A stretch of DNA of 64,000 nucleotides from Eledone cirrhosa (taxonomy: Eukaryota): NCBI GenBank assembly GCA_964016885.1, contig OZ024756.1, positions 9,610,001 through 9,674,000 of the forward strand. Reading direction: 5' to 3'. The notes under the pieces are model-generated. The model was not told the origin of the DNA, searched no databases, and was given only the letters and a program-made list of their open reading frames with translations. Shown here one piece after another: positions 25,300 through 40,850 of the stretch. Each line of letters starts with the position of its first letter. The stretch's first letter is position 1. The translations under genes were made by a program, and so were the position numbers.

Positions 25300-28200
25300 C
25301 TACTGTCTCTATCTCTCTACTCTCTCTATCTCTCTACTGTCTCTATCTCTCTACTGTCTCTATCTCTCTGCTGTCTCTACCTCTCTACTGTCTCTATCTC
25401 TCTACTGTCTCTATCTCTCCACTGTCTCTATCTCTCTACTGTCTATATCTCTCTACTGTCTCTATCTCTCTACTGTCTCTATCTCTCTACTGTCTCTATC
25501 TCTCTACTGTCTCTATCTCTCTACTGTCTCTACCTCTCTACTGTCCTTATCTCTCTACTGTCTCTATCTCTCTACTGTCTATATCTCTCTAATGTCTCTA
25601 TCTCTCTACTGTCTCTATCTCTCCACTGTCTCTACCTCTCTACTGTCCTTATCTCTCTACTGTCTCTATCTCTCTATTGTTTCTATCTCTCTACTGTCTC
25701 TATCTCTCTACTGTCTCTATCTCTCCACTGTCTCTATCTCTCTGCTGTCTCTACCTCTCTACTGTCTCTATCTCTCTACTGTCTCTATCTCTCTACTGTC
25801 TCTATCTCTCTGCTGTCTCTACCTCTCTACTGTCTCTATCTCTCTACTGTCTCTATCTCTCCACTGTCTCTATCTCTCTACTGTCTATATCTCTCTACTG
25901 TCTCTATCTCTCTACTGTCTCTATCTCTCTACTGTCTCTATCTCTCTACTGTCTATATCTCTTTACTGTCTCTACCTCTCTACTGTCTATATCTCTCTAC
26001 TGTCTCTATCTCTCTACTGTCTGTATCTCTCTACTGTCTCTATCTCTCTACTGTCTCTATCTCTCTACTGTCTCTACCTCTCTACTGTCCTTATCTCTCT
26101 ACTGTCTCTATCTCTCTACTGTCTATATCTCTCTACTGTCTCTATCTCTCTACTGTCTCTATCTCTCCACTGTCTCTACCTCTCTACTGTCCTTATCTCT
26201 CTACCGTCTCTATCTCTCTACTGTCTCTATCTCTCTATTGTTTCTATCTCTCTACTGTCTCTATCTCTCTACTGTCTCTATCTCTCCACTGTCTCTATTT
26301 CTCTGCTGTCTCTACCTCTCTACTGTCTCTATCTCTCTACTGTCTCTATCTCTCCACAGTCTCTATCTCTCTACTGTCTATATCTCTCTACTGTCTCTAT
26401 CTCTCTACTGTCTCTATCTCTCTACTGTCTCTACCTCTCTACTGTCTCTACCTCTCTACTGTCCTTATCTCTCTACTGTCTCTCTCTCTCTACTGTCTAT
26501 ATCTCTCTACTGTCTCTATCTCTCTACTGTCTCTATCTCTCTACAGTCTCTATCTCTCTACTGTCTCTACCTCTCTACTGTCCTTATCTCTCTACCGTCT
26601 CTATCTCTCTACTGTCTCTATCTCTCAATTGTTTCTATCTCTCTACTGTCTCTATACCTCTACTGTCTCTATCTCTCTACTGTCTCTATCTCTCTGCTGT
26701 CTCTACCGCTCTACTGTCTCTATCTCTCTACTGTCTCTATCTCCCTACTGTCCCATTCTCTCTACTGTCTCTCTCTCTCTACTGTCTCTATCTCTCTACT
26801 GTCTCTATCTGTCTACTGTCCATATCTCTCTACTGTCTCTACCTCTCTACTGACCTTATCTCTCTACTGTCTCTATCTCTCTACTGTCTATATCTCTCTA
26901 CTGTCTCTATCTCTCTACTGTCTCTATCTCTCTACTGTCTCTACCTCTCTACTGTCTCTATCTCTCTACTGTCTCTATCTCTCTACTGTCTCTACCTCTC
27001 TACTGTCTCTATCTCTCTACTGTCTCTATCTCTCTACTGTCTCTATCTCTCTACTGTCTCTATCTCTCTACTGTCTACATCTCTCTACTGTCTCTATCTC
27101 TCTACTGTCTACATCTCTCTACTGTTTCTATCTCTCTACTGTCTCTATCTCTCTACTGTCTATATCTCTCTACTGTCTCTACCTCTCTACTGTCTCTATC
27201 TCTCTACTGTCTATATCTCTCTACTGTCTCTATATCTCTACTGTCTCTACCTCTCTACTGTCTCTATCTCTCTACTGTCTCTATCTCTCTACTGTCTACA
27301 TCTCTCTACTGTCTCTATCTCTCTACTGTCTCTATCTCTCTACTGTCTCTATCTCTCTACTCTCTCTATCTCTCTACTGTCTCTATCTCTCTACTGTCTC
27401 TATCTCTCTGCTCTCTCTACCTCTCTACTGTCTCTATCTCTCTACTGTCTCTATCTCTCCACTGTCTCTATCTCTCTACTGTCTCTATCTCTCTACTGTC
27501 TCTATCTCTCTACTGTCTCTATCTCTCTACTGTCTCTATCTCTCTACTGTCTCTATCTCTCTACTGTCTCTATCTCTCTACTGTCTCTATCTCTCTACTG
27601 TCTCTATCTCTCTACTGTCTACATCTCTCTACTGTCTCTATCTCTCTACTGTCTCTATCTCTCTACTGTCTCTATCTCTCTACTGTCTCTATCTCTCTAC
27701 TGTCTACATCTCTCTACTGTCTCTATCTCTCTACTGTCTCTATATCTCTACTGTCTCTATCTCTCTACTGTCTATATCTCTCTACTGTCTCTATCTCTCT
27801 ACTGTCTCTACCTCTCTACTGTCTCTATCTCTCTACTGTCTCTATCTCTCTACTGTCTCTATCTCTCTACTGTCTCTATCTCTCTACTCTCTCTATCTCT
27901 CTACTGTCTCTATCTCTCTACTGTCTCTATCTCTCTGCTGTCTCTACCTCTCTACTGTCTCTATCTCTCTACTGTCTCTATCTCTCCACTGTCTCTATCT
28001 CTCTACTGTCTATATCTCTCTACTGTCTCTATCTCTCTACTGTCTCTATCTCTCTACTGTCTCTATCTCTCTACTGTCTCTATCTCTCTACTGTCTCTAC
28101 CTCTCTACTGTCCTTATCTCTCTACTGTCTCTATCTCTCTACTGTCTATATCTCTCTACTGTCTCTATCTCTCTACTGTCTCTATCTCTCCACTGTCTCT

Positions 28201-30100
28201 ACCTCTCTACTGTCCTTATCTCTCTACTGTCTCTATCTCTCTATTGTTTCTATCTCTCTACTGTCTCTATCTCTCTACTGTCTCTATCTCTCCACTGTCT
28301 CTATCTCTCTGCTGTCTCTACCTCTCTACTGTCTCTATCTCTCTACTGTCTCTATCTCTCTACTGTCTCTATCTCTCTGCTGTCTCTACCTCTCTACTGT
28401 CTCTATCTCTCTACTGTCTCTATCTCTCCACTGTCTCTATCTCTCTACTGTCTATATCTCTCTACTGTCTCTATCTCTCTACTGTCTCTATCTCTCTACT
28501 GTCTCTATCTCTCTACTGTCTATATCTCTTTACTGTCTCTACCTCTCTACTGTCTATATCTCTCTACTGTCTCTATCTCTCTACTGTCTCTATCTCTCTA
28601 CTGTCTCTATCTCTCTACTGTCTCTATCTCTCTACTGTCTCTACCTCTCTACTGTCCTTATCTCTCTACTGTCTCTATCTCTCTACTGTCTATATCTCTC
28701 TACTGTCTCTATCTCTCTACTGTCTCTATCTCTCCACTGTCTCTACCTCTCTACTGTCCTTATCTCTCTACCGTCTCTATCTCTCTACTGTCTCTATCTC
28801 TCTATTGTTTCTATCTCTCTACTGTCTCTATCTCTCTACTGTCTCTATCTCTCCACTGTCTCTATTTCTCTGCTGTCTCTACCTCTCTACTGTCTCTATC
28901 TCTCTACTGTCTCTATCTCTCCACAGTCTCTATCTCTCTACTGTCTATATCTCTCTACTGTCTCTATCTCTCTACTGTCTCTATCTCTCTACTGTCTCTA
29001 CCTCTCTACTGTCTCTACCTCTCTACTGTCCTTATCTCTCTACTGTCTCTCTCTCTCTACTGTCTATATCTCTCTACTGTCTCTATCTCTCTACTGTCTC
29101 TATCTCTCTACAGTCTCTATCTCTCTACTGTCTCTACCTCTCTACTGTCCTTATCTCTCTACCGTCTCTATCTCTCTACTGTCTCTATCTCTCAATTGTT
29201 TCTATCTCTCTACTGTCTCTATACCTCTACTGTCTCTATCTCTCTACTGTCTCTATCTCTCTGCTGTCTCTACCGCTCTACTGTCTCTATCTCTCTACTG
29301 TCTCTATCTCCCTACTGTCCCATTCTCTCTACTGTCTCTCTCTCTCTACTGTCTCTATCTCTCTACTGTCTCTATCTGTCTACTGTCCATATCTCTCTAC
29401 TGTCTCTACCTCTCTACTGACCTTATCTCTCTACTGTCTCTATCTCTCTACTGTCTATATCTCTCTACTGTCTCTATCTCTCTACTGTCTCTATCTCTCT
29501 ACTGTCTCTACCTCTCTACTGTCTCTATCTCTCTACTGTCTCTATCTCTCTACTGTCTCTACCTCTCTACTGTCTCTATCTCTCTACTGTCTCTATCTCT
29601 CTACTGTCTCTATCTCTCTACTGTCTCTATCTCTCTACTGTCTACATCTCTCTACTGTCTCTATCTCTCTACTGTCTACATCTCTCTACTGTTTCTATCT
29701 CTCTACTGTCTCTATCTCTCTACTGTCTATATCTCTCTACTGTCTCTACCTCTCTACTGTCTCTATCTCTCTACTGTCTATATCTCTCTACTGTCTCTAT
29801 ATCTCTACTGTCTCTACCTCTCTACTGTCTCTATCTCTCTACTGTCTCTATCTCTCTACTGTCTACATCTCTCTACTGTCTCTATCTCTCTACTGTCTAC
29901 ATCTCTCTACTGTCTCTATCTCTCTACTCTCTCTATCTCTCTACTGTCTCTATCTCTCTACTGTCTCTATCTCTCTGCTCTCTCTACCTCTCTACTGTCT
30001 CTATCTCTCTACTGTCTCTATCTCTCCACTGTCTCTATCTCTCTACTGTCTCTATCTCTCTACTGTCTCTATCTCTCTACTGTCTCTATCTCTCTACTGT
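25300..30100. repeat. 2,567-bp (151 monomers) tandem duplication
   Basis: CAATTG at 26626/29193, TACCGCTCTA at 26704/29271 and TGACCTT stops at 26853/29420 are all 2,567 = 151 x 17 apart. Confidence 0.85.
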
Positions 30101-33100
30101 CTCTATCTCTCTACTGTCTACATCTCTCTACTGTCTCTATCTCTCTACTGTCTACATCTCTCTACTGTTTCTATCTCTCTACTGTCTCTATCTCTCTACT
30201 GTCTATATCTCTCTACTGTCTCTACCTCTCTACTGTCTCTATCTCTCTACTGTCTATATCTCTCTACTGTCTCTATATCTCTACTGTCTCTACCTCTCTA
30301 CTGTCTCTATCTCTCTACTGTCTCTATCTCTCTACTGTCTACATCTCTCTACTGTCTCTATCTCTCTACTGTCTCTATCTCTCTACTGTCTCTATCTCTC
30401 TACTCTCTCTATCTCTCTACTGTCTCTATCTCTCTACTGTCTCTATCTCTCTGCTCTCTCTACCTCTCTACTGTCTCTATCTCGCTACTGTCTCTATCTC
30501 TCCACTGTCTCTATCTCTCTACTGTCTATATCTCTCTACTGTCTCTATCTCTCTACTGTCTCTATCTCTCTACTGTCTATATCTCTCTACTGTCTCTACC
30601 TCTCTACTGTCTATATCTCTCTACTGTCTCTATCTCTCTACTGTCTCTATCTCTCTACTGTCTCTATCTCTCTTCTGTCTCTACCTCTCTACTGTCCTTA
30701 TCTCTCTACTGTCTCTATCTCTCTACTGTCTATATCTCTCTACTGTCTCTATCTCACTACTGTCTCTATCTCTCCACTGTCTCTACCTCTCTACTGTCCT
30801 TATCTCTCTACCGTCTCTATCTCTCTACTGTCTCTATCTCTCTATTGTTTCTATCTCTCTACTGTCTCTATCTCTCTACTGTCTCTATCTCTCCACTGTC
30901 TCTATCTCTCTGCTGTCTCTACCTCTCTACTGTCTCTATCTCTCTACTGTCTCTATCTCTCCACTGTCTCTATCTCTCTACTGTCTATATCTCTCTACTG
31001 TCTCTATCTCTCTACTGTCTCTATCTCTATACTGTCTCTACCTCTCTACTGTCTGTATCTCTCTACTGTCTCTATCTCTCTACTGTCTCTATCTCTTTAC
31101 TGTCTCTACCTCTCTACTGTCCTTATCTCTCTACTGTCTCTATCTCTCTACTGTCTATATCTCTCTACTGTCTCTCTCTCTCTACTGTCTCTATCTCTCT
31201 ACTGTCTCTATCTCTCTACTGTCTCTATCTCTCTACTGTCTCTAACTGTCTACTGTCTATATCTCTCTACTGTCTCTATCTCTCTACTGTCTCTATCTCT
31301 CTACTGTCTCTATCTCTCTACTGTCTCTACCTCTCTACTGTCTATATCTCTCTACTGTCTCTAGCCCTCTACTGTCTCTATCTCTCTACTGTCTCTATCT
31401 CTCTACTGTCTCTATCTCTCTACTGACTCTATCTCTCTACTGTCTCTACCTCTCTACTGTCTCTATCTCTCTACTGTCTCTATCTCTCTACTGTCTCTAT
31501 CTCTCTACTGTTTCTATCTCTCTACTCTCTCTACCTCTCTACTGTCTATATCTCTCTACTGTCTCTATCTCTCTACTGTCCCTATCTCTCTATTGTCTCT
31601 ATCTCTCTACTGTCTCTATCTCTCTACTGTCTCTATCTCTCTATTGTTTCTATCTCTCTATTCTCTCTATCTTTCTACTGTCTATCTCTCTACTGTCTCT
31701 ATCCCTCTACTGTCTCTACCTGTCTACTATCTCGATCTCTCTACTGTCTCTATCTCTCTACTCTCTCTATCACTTTACTGTCTCTATCTCTCTACTGTCT
31801 CTATCTCTCTACTGTCTCTATCTCTCTACTGTCTCTATCTCTCTACTGTCTAGATCTCTCTACTGTCTCTATCTCTCTACTGTCTCAATCTCTCTACTGT
31901 CTACATCTCTCTACTGTCTCTATCTCTCTACTGTCTACATCTCTCTACTGTCTCTATCTCTCTACTGTCTCTATCTCTCTACTGTCTACATCTCTCTACT
32001 GTCTCTATCTCTCTACTGTCTCTATCTCTCTACTGTCTCTATCTCTCTACTGTCTATATCTCTCTACTGTCTCTATCTCTCTACTGTCTCTACCTCTCTA
32101 CTGTCTCTATCTCTCTACTGTCTCTATCTCTCTACTGTCTCTATCTCTCTACTGTCGCTATCTCTCTACTCTCTCTATCTCTCTACTGTCTCTATCTCTC
32201 TACTGTCTCTATCTCTCTGCTGTCTCTACCTCTCTACTGTCTCTATCTCTCTACTGTCTCTATCTCTCCACTGTCTCTATCTCTCTACTGTCTATATCTC
32301 TCTACTGTCTCTATCTCTCTACTGTCTCTATCTCTCTACTGTCTCTATCTCTCTACTGTCTCTATCTCTCTACTGTCTCTACCTCTCTACTGTCCTTATC
32401 TCTCTACTGTCTCTATCTCTCTACTGACTATATCTCTCTACTGTCTCTATCTCTCTACTGTCTCTATCTCTCCACTGTCTCTACCTCTCTACTGTCCTTA
32501 TCTCTCTACTGTCTCTATCTCTCTATTGTTTCTATCTCTCTACTGTCTCTATCTCTCTACTGTCTCTATCTCTCCACTGTCTCTATCTCTCTGCTGTCTC
32601 TACCTCTCTACTGTCTCTATCTCTCTACTGTCTCTATCTCTCTACTGTCTCTATCTCTCTACTGTCTACATCTCTCTACTGTCTCTATCTCTCTACTGTC
32701 TCTATCTCTCCACTGTCTCTATCTCTCTACTGTCTCTACCCCTCTACTGTCTCCATCTCTCTACTGTCTCTACCTCTCTACTGTCTCTATCTCTCTACTG
32801 TCTCTATCTCTCTACTGTCTCTATCTCTCTGCTGTCTCTAACTCTCTACTGTCTCTATCTCTCTACTGTCTCTATCTCTCCACTGTCTCTATCTCTCTAC
32901 TGTCTATATCTCTCTACTGTCTCTATCTCTCTACTGTCTCTATCTCTCTACTGTCTCTATCTCTCTACTGTCTATATCTCTTTACTGTCTCTACCTCTCT
33001 ACTGTCTATATCTCTCTACTGTCTCTATCTCTCTACTGTCTCTATCTCTCTACTGTCTCTATCTCTCTACTGTCTCTATCTCTCTACTGTCTCTACCTCT

Positions 33101-36100
33101 CTACTGTCCTTATCTCTCTACTGTCTCTATCTCTCTACTGTCTATATCTCTCTACTGTCTCTATCTCTCTACTGTCTCTATCTCTCCACTGTCTCTACCT
33201 CTCTACTGTCCTTATCTCTCTACCGTCTCTATCTCTCTACTGTCTCTATCTCTCTATTGTTTCTATCTCTCTACTGTCTCTATCTCTCTACTGTCTCTAT
33301 CTCTCCACTGTCTCTATTTCTCTGCTGTCTCTACCTCTCTACTGTCTCTATCTCTCTACTGTCTCTATCTCTCCACAGTCTCTATCTCTCTACTGTCTAT
33401 ATCTCTCTACTGTCTCTATCTCTCTACTGTCTCTATCTCTCTACTGTCTCTACCTCTCTACTGTCTCTACCTCTCTACTGTCCTTATCTCTCTACTGGCT
33501 CTCTCTCTCTACTGTCTATATCTCTCTACTGTCTCTATCTCTCTACTGTCTCTATCTCTCTACTGTCTCTATCTCTCTACTGTCTCTACCTCTCTACTGT
33601 CCTTATCTCTCTACCGTCTCTATCTCTCTACTGTCTCTATCTCTCAATTGTTTCTATCTCTCTACTGTCTCTATCTCTCTACTGTCTCTATCTCTCTACT
33701 GTCTCTATCTCTCTGCTGTCTCTACCTCTCTACTGTCTCTATCTCTCTACTGTCTCTATCTCCCTACTGTCCCATTCTCTCTACTGTCTCTCTCTCTCTA
33801 CTGTCTCTATCTCTCTACTGTCTCTATCTGTCTACTGTCCATATCTCTCTACTGTCTCTACCTCTCTACTGACCTTATCTCTCTACTGTCTCTATCTCTC
33901 TACTGTCTATATCTCTCTACTGTCTCTATCTCTCTACTGTCTCTATCTCTCTACTGTCTCTACCTCTCTACTGTCCTTATCTCTCTACCGTCTCTATCTC
34001 TCTACTGTCTCTATCTCTCTATTGTTTCTATCTCTCTACTGTCTCTATCTCTCTACTCTCTCTATCTCTCTACTGTCTCTATCTCTCTACTGTCTATATC
34101 TCTCTACTGTCTCTATCTCTCTACTGTCTCTATCTCTCTACTGTCTCTATCTCTCTACTGTCTCTCTTTCCCTACTGTCCCATTCTCTCTACTGTCTCTC
34201 TCTCTCTACTGTCTCTATCTCTCTACTGTCTCTATCTCTCTACTGTCTCTATCTCTCTACTGTCTCTAACTGTCTACTGTCTATATCTCTCTACTGTCTC
34301 TATCTCTCTACTATCTCTATCTCTCTACTGTCTCTATCTCTCTACTGTCTCTACCTCTCTACTGTGTCTATCTCTCTACTGTCTCTATCTCTCTACTGTC
34401 TCTATCTCTCTACTGTCTCTATCTCTCTACTGTCTCTATCTCTCTACTGTCTATATCTCTCTACTGTCTCTATCTCTCTATCTCTCTACTGTCTATATCT
34501 CTCTACTGTCTCTACCCCTCTACTGTCTCTATCTCTCTACTGTCTCTATCTCTCTACTGTCTCTATCTCTCTACTGTCTCTATCTCTCTACTGTCTCTAT
34601 CTCTCTACTGTCTATATCTCTCTACTGTCTCTACCCCTCTACTGTCTCTAGCTCTCTACTGTCTCTATCTCTCTACTGTCTCTATCTCTCTACTGTCTCT
34701 ATCTCTCTACTGTCTCTATCTCTCTACTGTCTATATCTCTCTACTGTCTCTACCCCTCTACTGTCTATAGCTCTCTACTGTCTCTACCTCTCTACTGTCT
34801 CTATCTCTCTACTGTCTCTATCTCTCTACCGTCTCTATCTCTCTACTGTTTCTATCTCTCTACTGTCTCTACCTCTCTACTGTCTATATCTCTCTACTGT
34901 CTCTATCTCTCTACTGTCCCTATCTCTCTACTGTCTCTATCTCTCTACTGTCTCTATCTGTCTATTGTTTCTATCTCTCTACTCTCTCTATCTCTCTACT
35001 GTCTATCTCTCTACTGTCTCTATCCCTTTACTGTCTCTACCTGTCTACTATCTCGATCTCTCTACTGTCTCTATCTCTCTACTGTCTCTACCTCTCTACT
35101 TTCTCTATCTCTCTACTGTCTATATCTCTCTACTGTCTCTATCTCTCTACTGTCTCTAGCTCTCTACTGTCTCTATCTCTCTACTGTCTCTATCTCTCTA
35201 CTGTTTCTATCTCTCTACTGTCTATATCTCTCTACTGTCTATATCTCTCTACTGTCTCTACCCCTCTACTGTCTATATCTCTCTACTGTCTCTATCTCTC
35301 TACTGTCTCTAGCTCTCTACTGTCTCTATCTCTCTACTGTCTCTATCTCTCTACTGTTTCTATCTCTCTACTGTCTATATCTCTCTACTGTCTCTACCCC
35401 TCTACTGTCTATATCTCTCTACTGTCTCTATCTCTCTACTGTCTCTATCTCTCTACTGTCTGTATCTCTTTACTGTCTATAGCTCTCTACTGTCTCTATG
35501 TCTCTACTGTCTCTATCTCTCTACTGTCTATATCTCTCTACTGTCTCTATCTCTCTATCTCTCTACTGTCTCTATCTCTCTACTGTCTCTATCTCTCTAC
35601 TGTCTCTATCTCTCTACTGTCTCTACCTCTCTACTGTCTCTATCTCTCTACTGTCTCTATCTCTTTACTGTCTATATCTCTCTACTGTCTCTATCTCTCT
35701 ATCGTTTCTATCTCTCTACTGTCTCTACCCCTCTACTGTCTCTATTTCTCTACTGTCTCTACCTCTCTACTGTCCTTATCTCTCTACCGTCTCTATCTCT
35801 CTACTGTCTCTATCTCTCTATTGTTTCTATCTCTCTACTGTCTCTATCTCTCTACTCTCTCTATCTCTCTACTGTCTCTATCTCTCTACTGTCTATATCT
35901 CTCTACTGTCTCTATCTCGCTACTGTCTCTATCTCTCTACTGTCTCTATCTCTCTACTGTCTCTCTTTCCCTACTGTCCCATTCTCTCTACTGTCTCTCT
36001 CTCTCTACTGTCTCTATCTCTCTACTGTCTCTATCTCTCTACTGTCTCTATCTCTCTACTGTCTCTAACTGTCTACTGTCTATATCTCTCTACTGTCTCT

Positions 36101-37079
36101 ATCTCTCTACTATCTCTATCTCTCTACTGTCTCTATCTCTCTACTGTCTCTACCTCTCTACTGTGTCTATCTCTCTACTGTCTCTATCTCTCTACTGTCT
36201 CTATCTCTCTACTGTCTCTATCTCTCTACTGTCTCTATCTCTCTACTGTCTATATCTCTCTACTGTCTCTATCTCTCTATCTCTCTACTGTCTATATCTC
36301 TCTACTGTCTCTACCCCTCTACTGTCTCTATCTCTCTACTGTCTCTATCTCTCTACTGTCTCTATCTCTCTACTGTCTCTATCTCTCTACTGTCTCTATC
36401 TCTCTACTGTCTATATCTCTCTACTGTCTCTACCCCTCTACTGTCTCTAGCTCTCTACTGTCTCTATCTCTCTACTGTCTCTATCTCTCTACTGTCTCTA
36501 TCTCTCTACTGACTCTATCTCTCTACTGTCTCTACCTCTCTACTGTCTCTATCTCTCTACTGTCTCTATCTCTCTACCGTCTCTATCTCTCTACTGTTTC
36601 TATCTCTCTACTGTCTCTACCTCTCTACTGTCTATATCTCTCTACTGTCTCTATCTCTCTACTGTCCCTATCTCTCTACTGTCTCTATCTCTCTACTGTC
36701 TCTATCTCTGTATTGTTTCTATCTCTCTACTCTCTCTATCTCTCTACTGTCTATCTCTCTACTGTCTCTATCCCTCTACTGTCTCTACCTGTCTACTATC
36801 TCGATCTCTCTACTGTCTCTATCTCTCTACTGTCTCTACCTCTCTACTTTCTCTATCTCTCTACTGTCTATATCTCTCTACTGTCTCTATCTCTCTACTG
36901 TCTCTAGCTCTCTACTGTCTCTATCTCTCTACTGTCTCTATCTCTCTACTCTTTCTATCTCTCTACTGTCTATATCTCTCTACTGTCTCTACCCCTCTAC
37001 TGTCTATATCTCTCTACTGTCTCTATCTCTCTACTGTCTCTAGCTCTCTACTGTCTCTATCTCTCTACTGTCTCTATCT

Positions 37080-40000
37080 CTCTACTGTTTCTATCTCTCT
37101 ACTGTCTATATCTCTCTACTGTCTCTACCCCTCTACTGTCTATATCTCTCTACTGTCTCTATCTCTCTACTGTCTGTATCTCTTTACTGTCTATAGCTCT
37201 CTACTGTCTCTATGTCTCTACTGTCTCTATCTCTCTACTGTCTATATCTCTCTACTGTCTCTATCTCTCTATCTCTCTACTGTCTCTATCTCTCTACTGT
37301 CTCTATCTCTCTACTGTCTCTACCTCTCTACTGTCTCTATCTCTCTACTGTCTCTATCTCTTTACTGTCTATATCTCTCTACTGTCTCTATCTCTCTATC
37401 GTTTCTATCTCTCTACTGTCTCTACCCCTCTACTGTCTCTATCTCTCTACTGTCTCTATCTCTCTACTGTCTATATCCCTCTACTGTCTCTACCTCTCTA
37501 CTGTCTCTATTTCTCTACTGTCTCTATCTCTCTACTGTCTCTAGCTCTCTACTGTCTCTATCTCTCTACTGTCTCTATCTCTCTACTGTTTCTATCTCTC
37601 TACTGTCTATATCTCTCTACTGTCTCTACCCCTCTACTGTCTATATCTCTCTACTGTCTCTATTTCTCTACTGTCTCTATCTCTCTACTGTCTCTATCTC
37701 TCTACTGTCTATATCTCTCTACTGTCTCTACCCCTCTACTATCTCTATCTCTCTACTGTCTCTATCTCTCTACTGTCTCTATCTCTCTACTGTCTATATC
37801 TCTCTACTGTCTCTACCCCTCTACTGTCTCTATCTCTCTACTGTCTCTATCTCTCTACTGTCTCTATCTCTCTACTGTCTCCATCTCTCTACTGTCTCTA
37901 CCTCTCTACTGTCTATATCTCTCTACTGTCTCTATCTCTCTACTGTCCCTATCTCTCTACTGTCTCTATCTCTCTACCGTCTCTATCTCTCTACTGTCTC
38001 TATCTCTCTATTGTTTCTATCTCTCTACTGTCTCTATCTCTCTACTCTCTCTATCTCTCTACTGTCTCTAGCCCTCTACTGTCTCTATCTCTCTACTGTC
38101 TCTATCTCTCTACTGTCTCTATCTCTCTACTGTCTCTATCTCTCTACTGTCTCTATCTCTCTACTGTCTATATCTCTCTACTGTCTCTACCCTCTACTGT
38201 CTCTATCTCTCTACTGTCTCTATCTCTCTACTGTCTCTATCTCTCTACTGACTCTATCTCTCTACTGTCTCTACCTCTCTACTGTCTATATCTCTCTACT
38301 GTCTCTCTCTCTCTACTGTCCCTATCTCTCTATTGTCTCTATCTCTCTACTGTCTCTATCTCTCTACTGTCTCTATCTCTCTATTGTTTCTATCTCTCTA
38401 CTCTCTCTATCTCTCTACTGTCTATCTCTCTACTGTCTATATCCCTCTACTGTCGCTACCTGTCTACTATCTCGATCTCTCAACTGTCTCTATCTCTCTA
38501 CTGTCTCTATCTCTCTACTGTCTCTATCTCTCTACTGTCTCTATCTCTCTACTGTCTACATCTCTCTACTGTCTCTATCTCTCTACTGTCTCTATCTCTC
38601 TACTGTCTACATCTCTCTACTGTCTCTATCTCTCTACTGTCTACATCTCTCTACTGTCTCTATCTCTCTACTGTCTACATCTCTCTACTGTCTCTATCTC
38701 TCTACTGTCTATATCTCTCTACTGTCTCTATCTCTCTACTGTCTCTATCTCTCTACTGTCTATATCTCTCTAATGACTCTATCTCTCTACTGTCTCTACC
38801 TCTCTACTGTCTCTATCTCTCTACTGTCTCTATCTCTCTACTGTCTCTATCTCTCTACTGTCTCTATCTCTCTACTCTCTCTATCTCTCTACTGTTTCTA
38901 TCTCTCTACTGTCTCTATCTCTCTACTGTCTCTATCTCTCTACTGTCTCTATCTCTCTACTGTTTCTATCTCTCTACTGTCTATATCTCTCTACTGTCTC
39001 TACCCCTCTACTGTCTATATCTCTCTACTGTCTCTATCTCTCTACTGTCTGTATCTCTTTACTGTCTATAGCTCTCTACTGTCTCTATGTCTCTACTGTC
39101 TCTATCTCTCTACTGTCTATATCTCTCTACTGTCTCTATCTCTCTATCTCTCTACTGTCTCTATCTCTCTACTGTCTCTATCTCTCTACTGTCTCTACCT
39201 CTCTACTGTCTCTATCTCTCTACTGTCTCTATCTCTTTACTGTCTATATCTCTCTACTGTCTCTATCTCTCTATCGTTTCTATCTCTCTACTGTCTCTAC
39301 CCCTCTACTGTCTCTATCTCTCTACTGTCTCTATCTCTCTACTGTCTATATCCCTCTACTGTCTCTACCTCTCTACTGTCTCTATTTCTCTACTGTCTCT
39401 ATCTCTCTACTGTCTCTAGCTCTCTACTGTCTCTATCTCTCTACTGTCTCTATCTCTCTACTGTTTCTATCTCTCTACTGTCTATATCTCTCTACTGTCT
39501 CTACCCCTCTACTGTCTATATCTCTCTACTGTCTCTATTTCTCTACTGTCTCTATCTCTCTACTGTCTCTATCTCTCTACTGTCTATATCTCTCTACTGT
39601 CTCTACCCCTCTACTATCTCTATCTCTCTACTGTCTCTATCTCTCTACTGTCTCTATCTCTCTACTGTCTATATCTCTCTACTGTCTCTACCCCTCTACT
39701 GTCTCTATCTCTCTACTGTCTCTATCTCTCTACTGTCTCTATCTCTCTACTGTCTCCATCTCTCTACTGTCTCTACCTCTCTACTGTCTATATCTCTCTA
39801 CTGTCTCTATCTCTCTACTGTCCCTATCTCTCTACTGTCTCTATCTCTCTACCGTCTCTATCTCTCTACTGTCTCTATCTCTCTATTGTTTCTATCTCTC
39901 TACTGTCTCTATCTCTCTACTCTCTCTATCTCTCTACTGTCTCTAGCCCTCTACTGTCTCTATCTCTCTACTGTCTCTATCTCTCTACTGTCTCTATCTC

Positions 40001-40850
40001 TCTACTGTCTCTATCTCTCTACTGTCTCTATCTCTCTACTGTCTATATCTCTCTACTGTCTCTACCCTCTACTGTCTCTATCTCTCTACTGTCTCTATCT
40101 CTCTACTGTCTCTATCTCTCTACTGACTCTATCTCTCTACTGTCTCTACCTCTCTACTGTCTATATCTCTCTACTGTCTCTCTCTCTCTACTGTCCCTAT
40201 CTCTCTATTGTCTCTATCTCTCTACTGTCTCTATCTCTCTACTGTCTCTATCTCTCTATTGTTTCTATCTCTCTACTCTCTCTATCTCTCTACTGTCTAT
40301 CTCTCTACTGTCTATATCCCTCTACTGTCGCTACCTGTCTACTATCTCGATCTCTCAACTGTCTCTATCTCTCTACTGTCTCTATCTCTCTACTGTCTCT
40401 ATCTCTCTACTGTCTCTATCTCTCTACTGTCTACATCTCTCTACTGTCTCTATCTCTCTACTGTCTCTATCTCTCTACTGTCTCTATCTCTCTACTGTCT
40501 CTACCTCTCTACTGTCTCTATCTCTCTACTGTCTACATCTCTCTACTGTCTCTATCTCTCTACTGTCTCTATCTCTCTACTGTCTACATCTCTCTACTGT
40601 CTCTATCTCTCTACTGTCTACATCTCTCTACTGTCTCTATCTCTCTACTGTCTACATCTCTCTACTGTCTCTATCTCTCTACTGTCTATATCTCTCTACT
40701 GTCTCTATCTCTCTACTGTCTCTATCTCTCTACTGTCTATATCTCTCTAATGACTCTATCTCTCTACTGTCTCTACCTCTCTACTGTCTCTATCTCTCTA
40801 CTGTCTCTATCTCTCTACTGTCTCTATCTCTCTACTGTCTCTATCTCTCT
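37080..40850. repeat. 1,875-bp tandem duplication
   Basis: ORF starts 37212/39087 and 38333/40208, and TCGATCTCTCAACT at 38472/40347, are all offset by 1,875. Confidence 0.88.
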
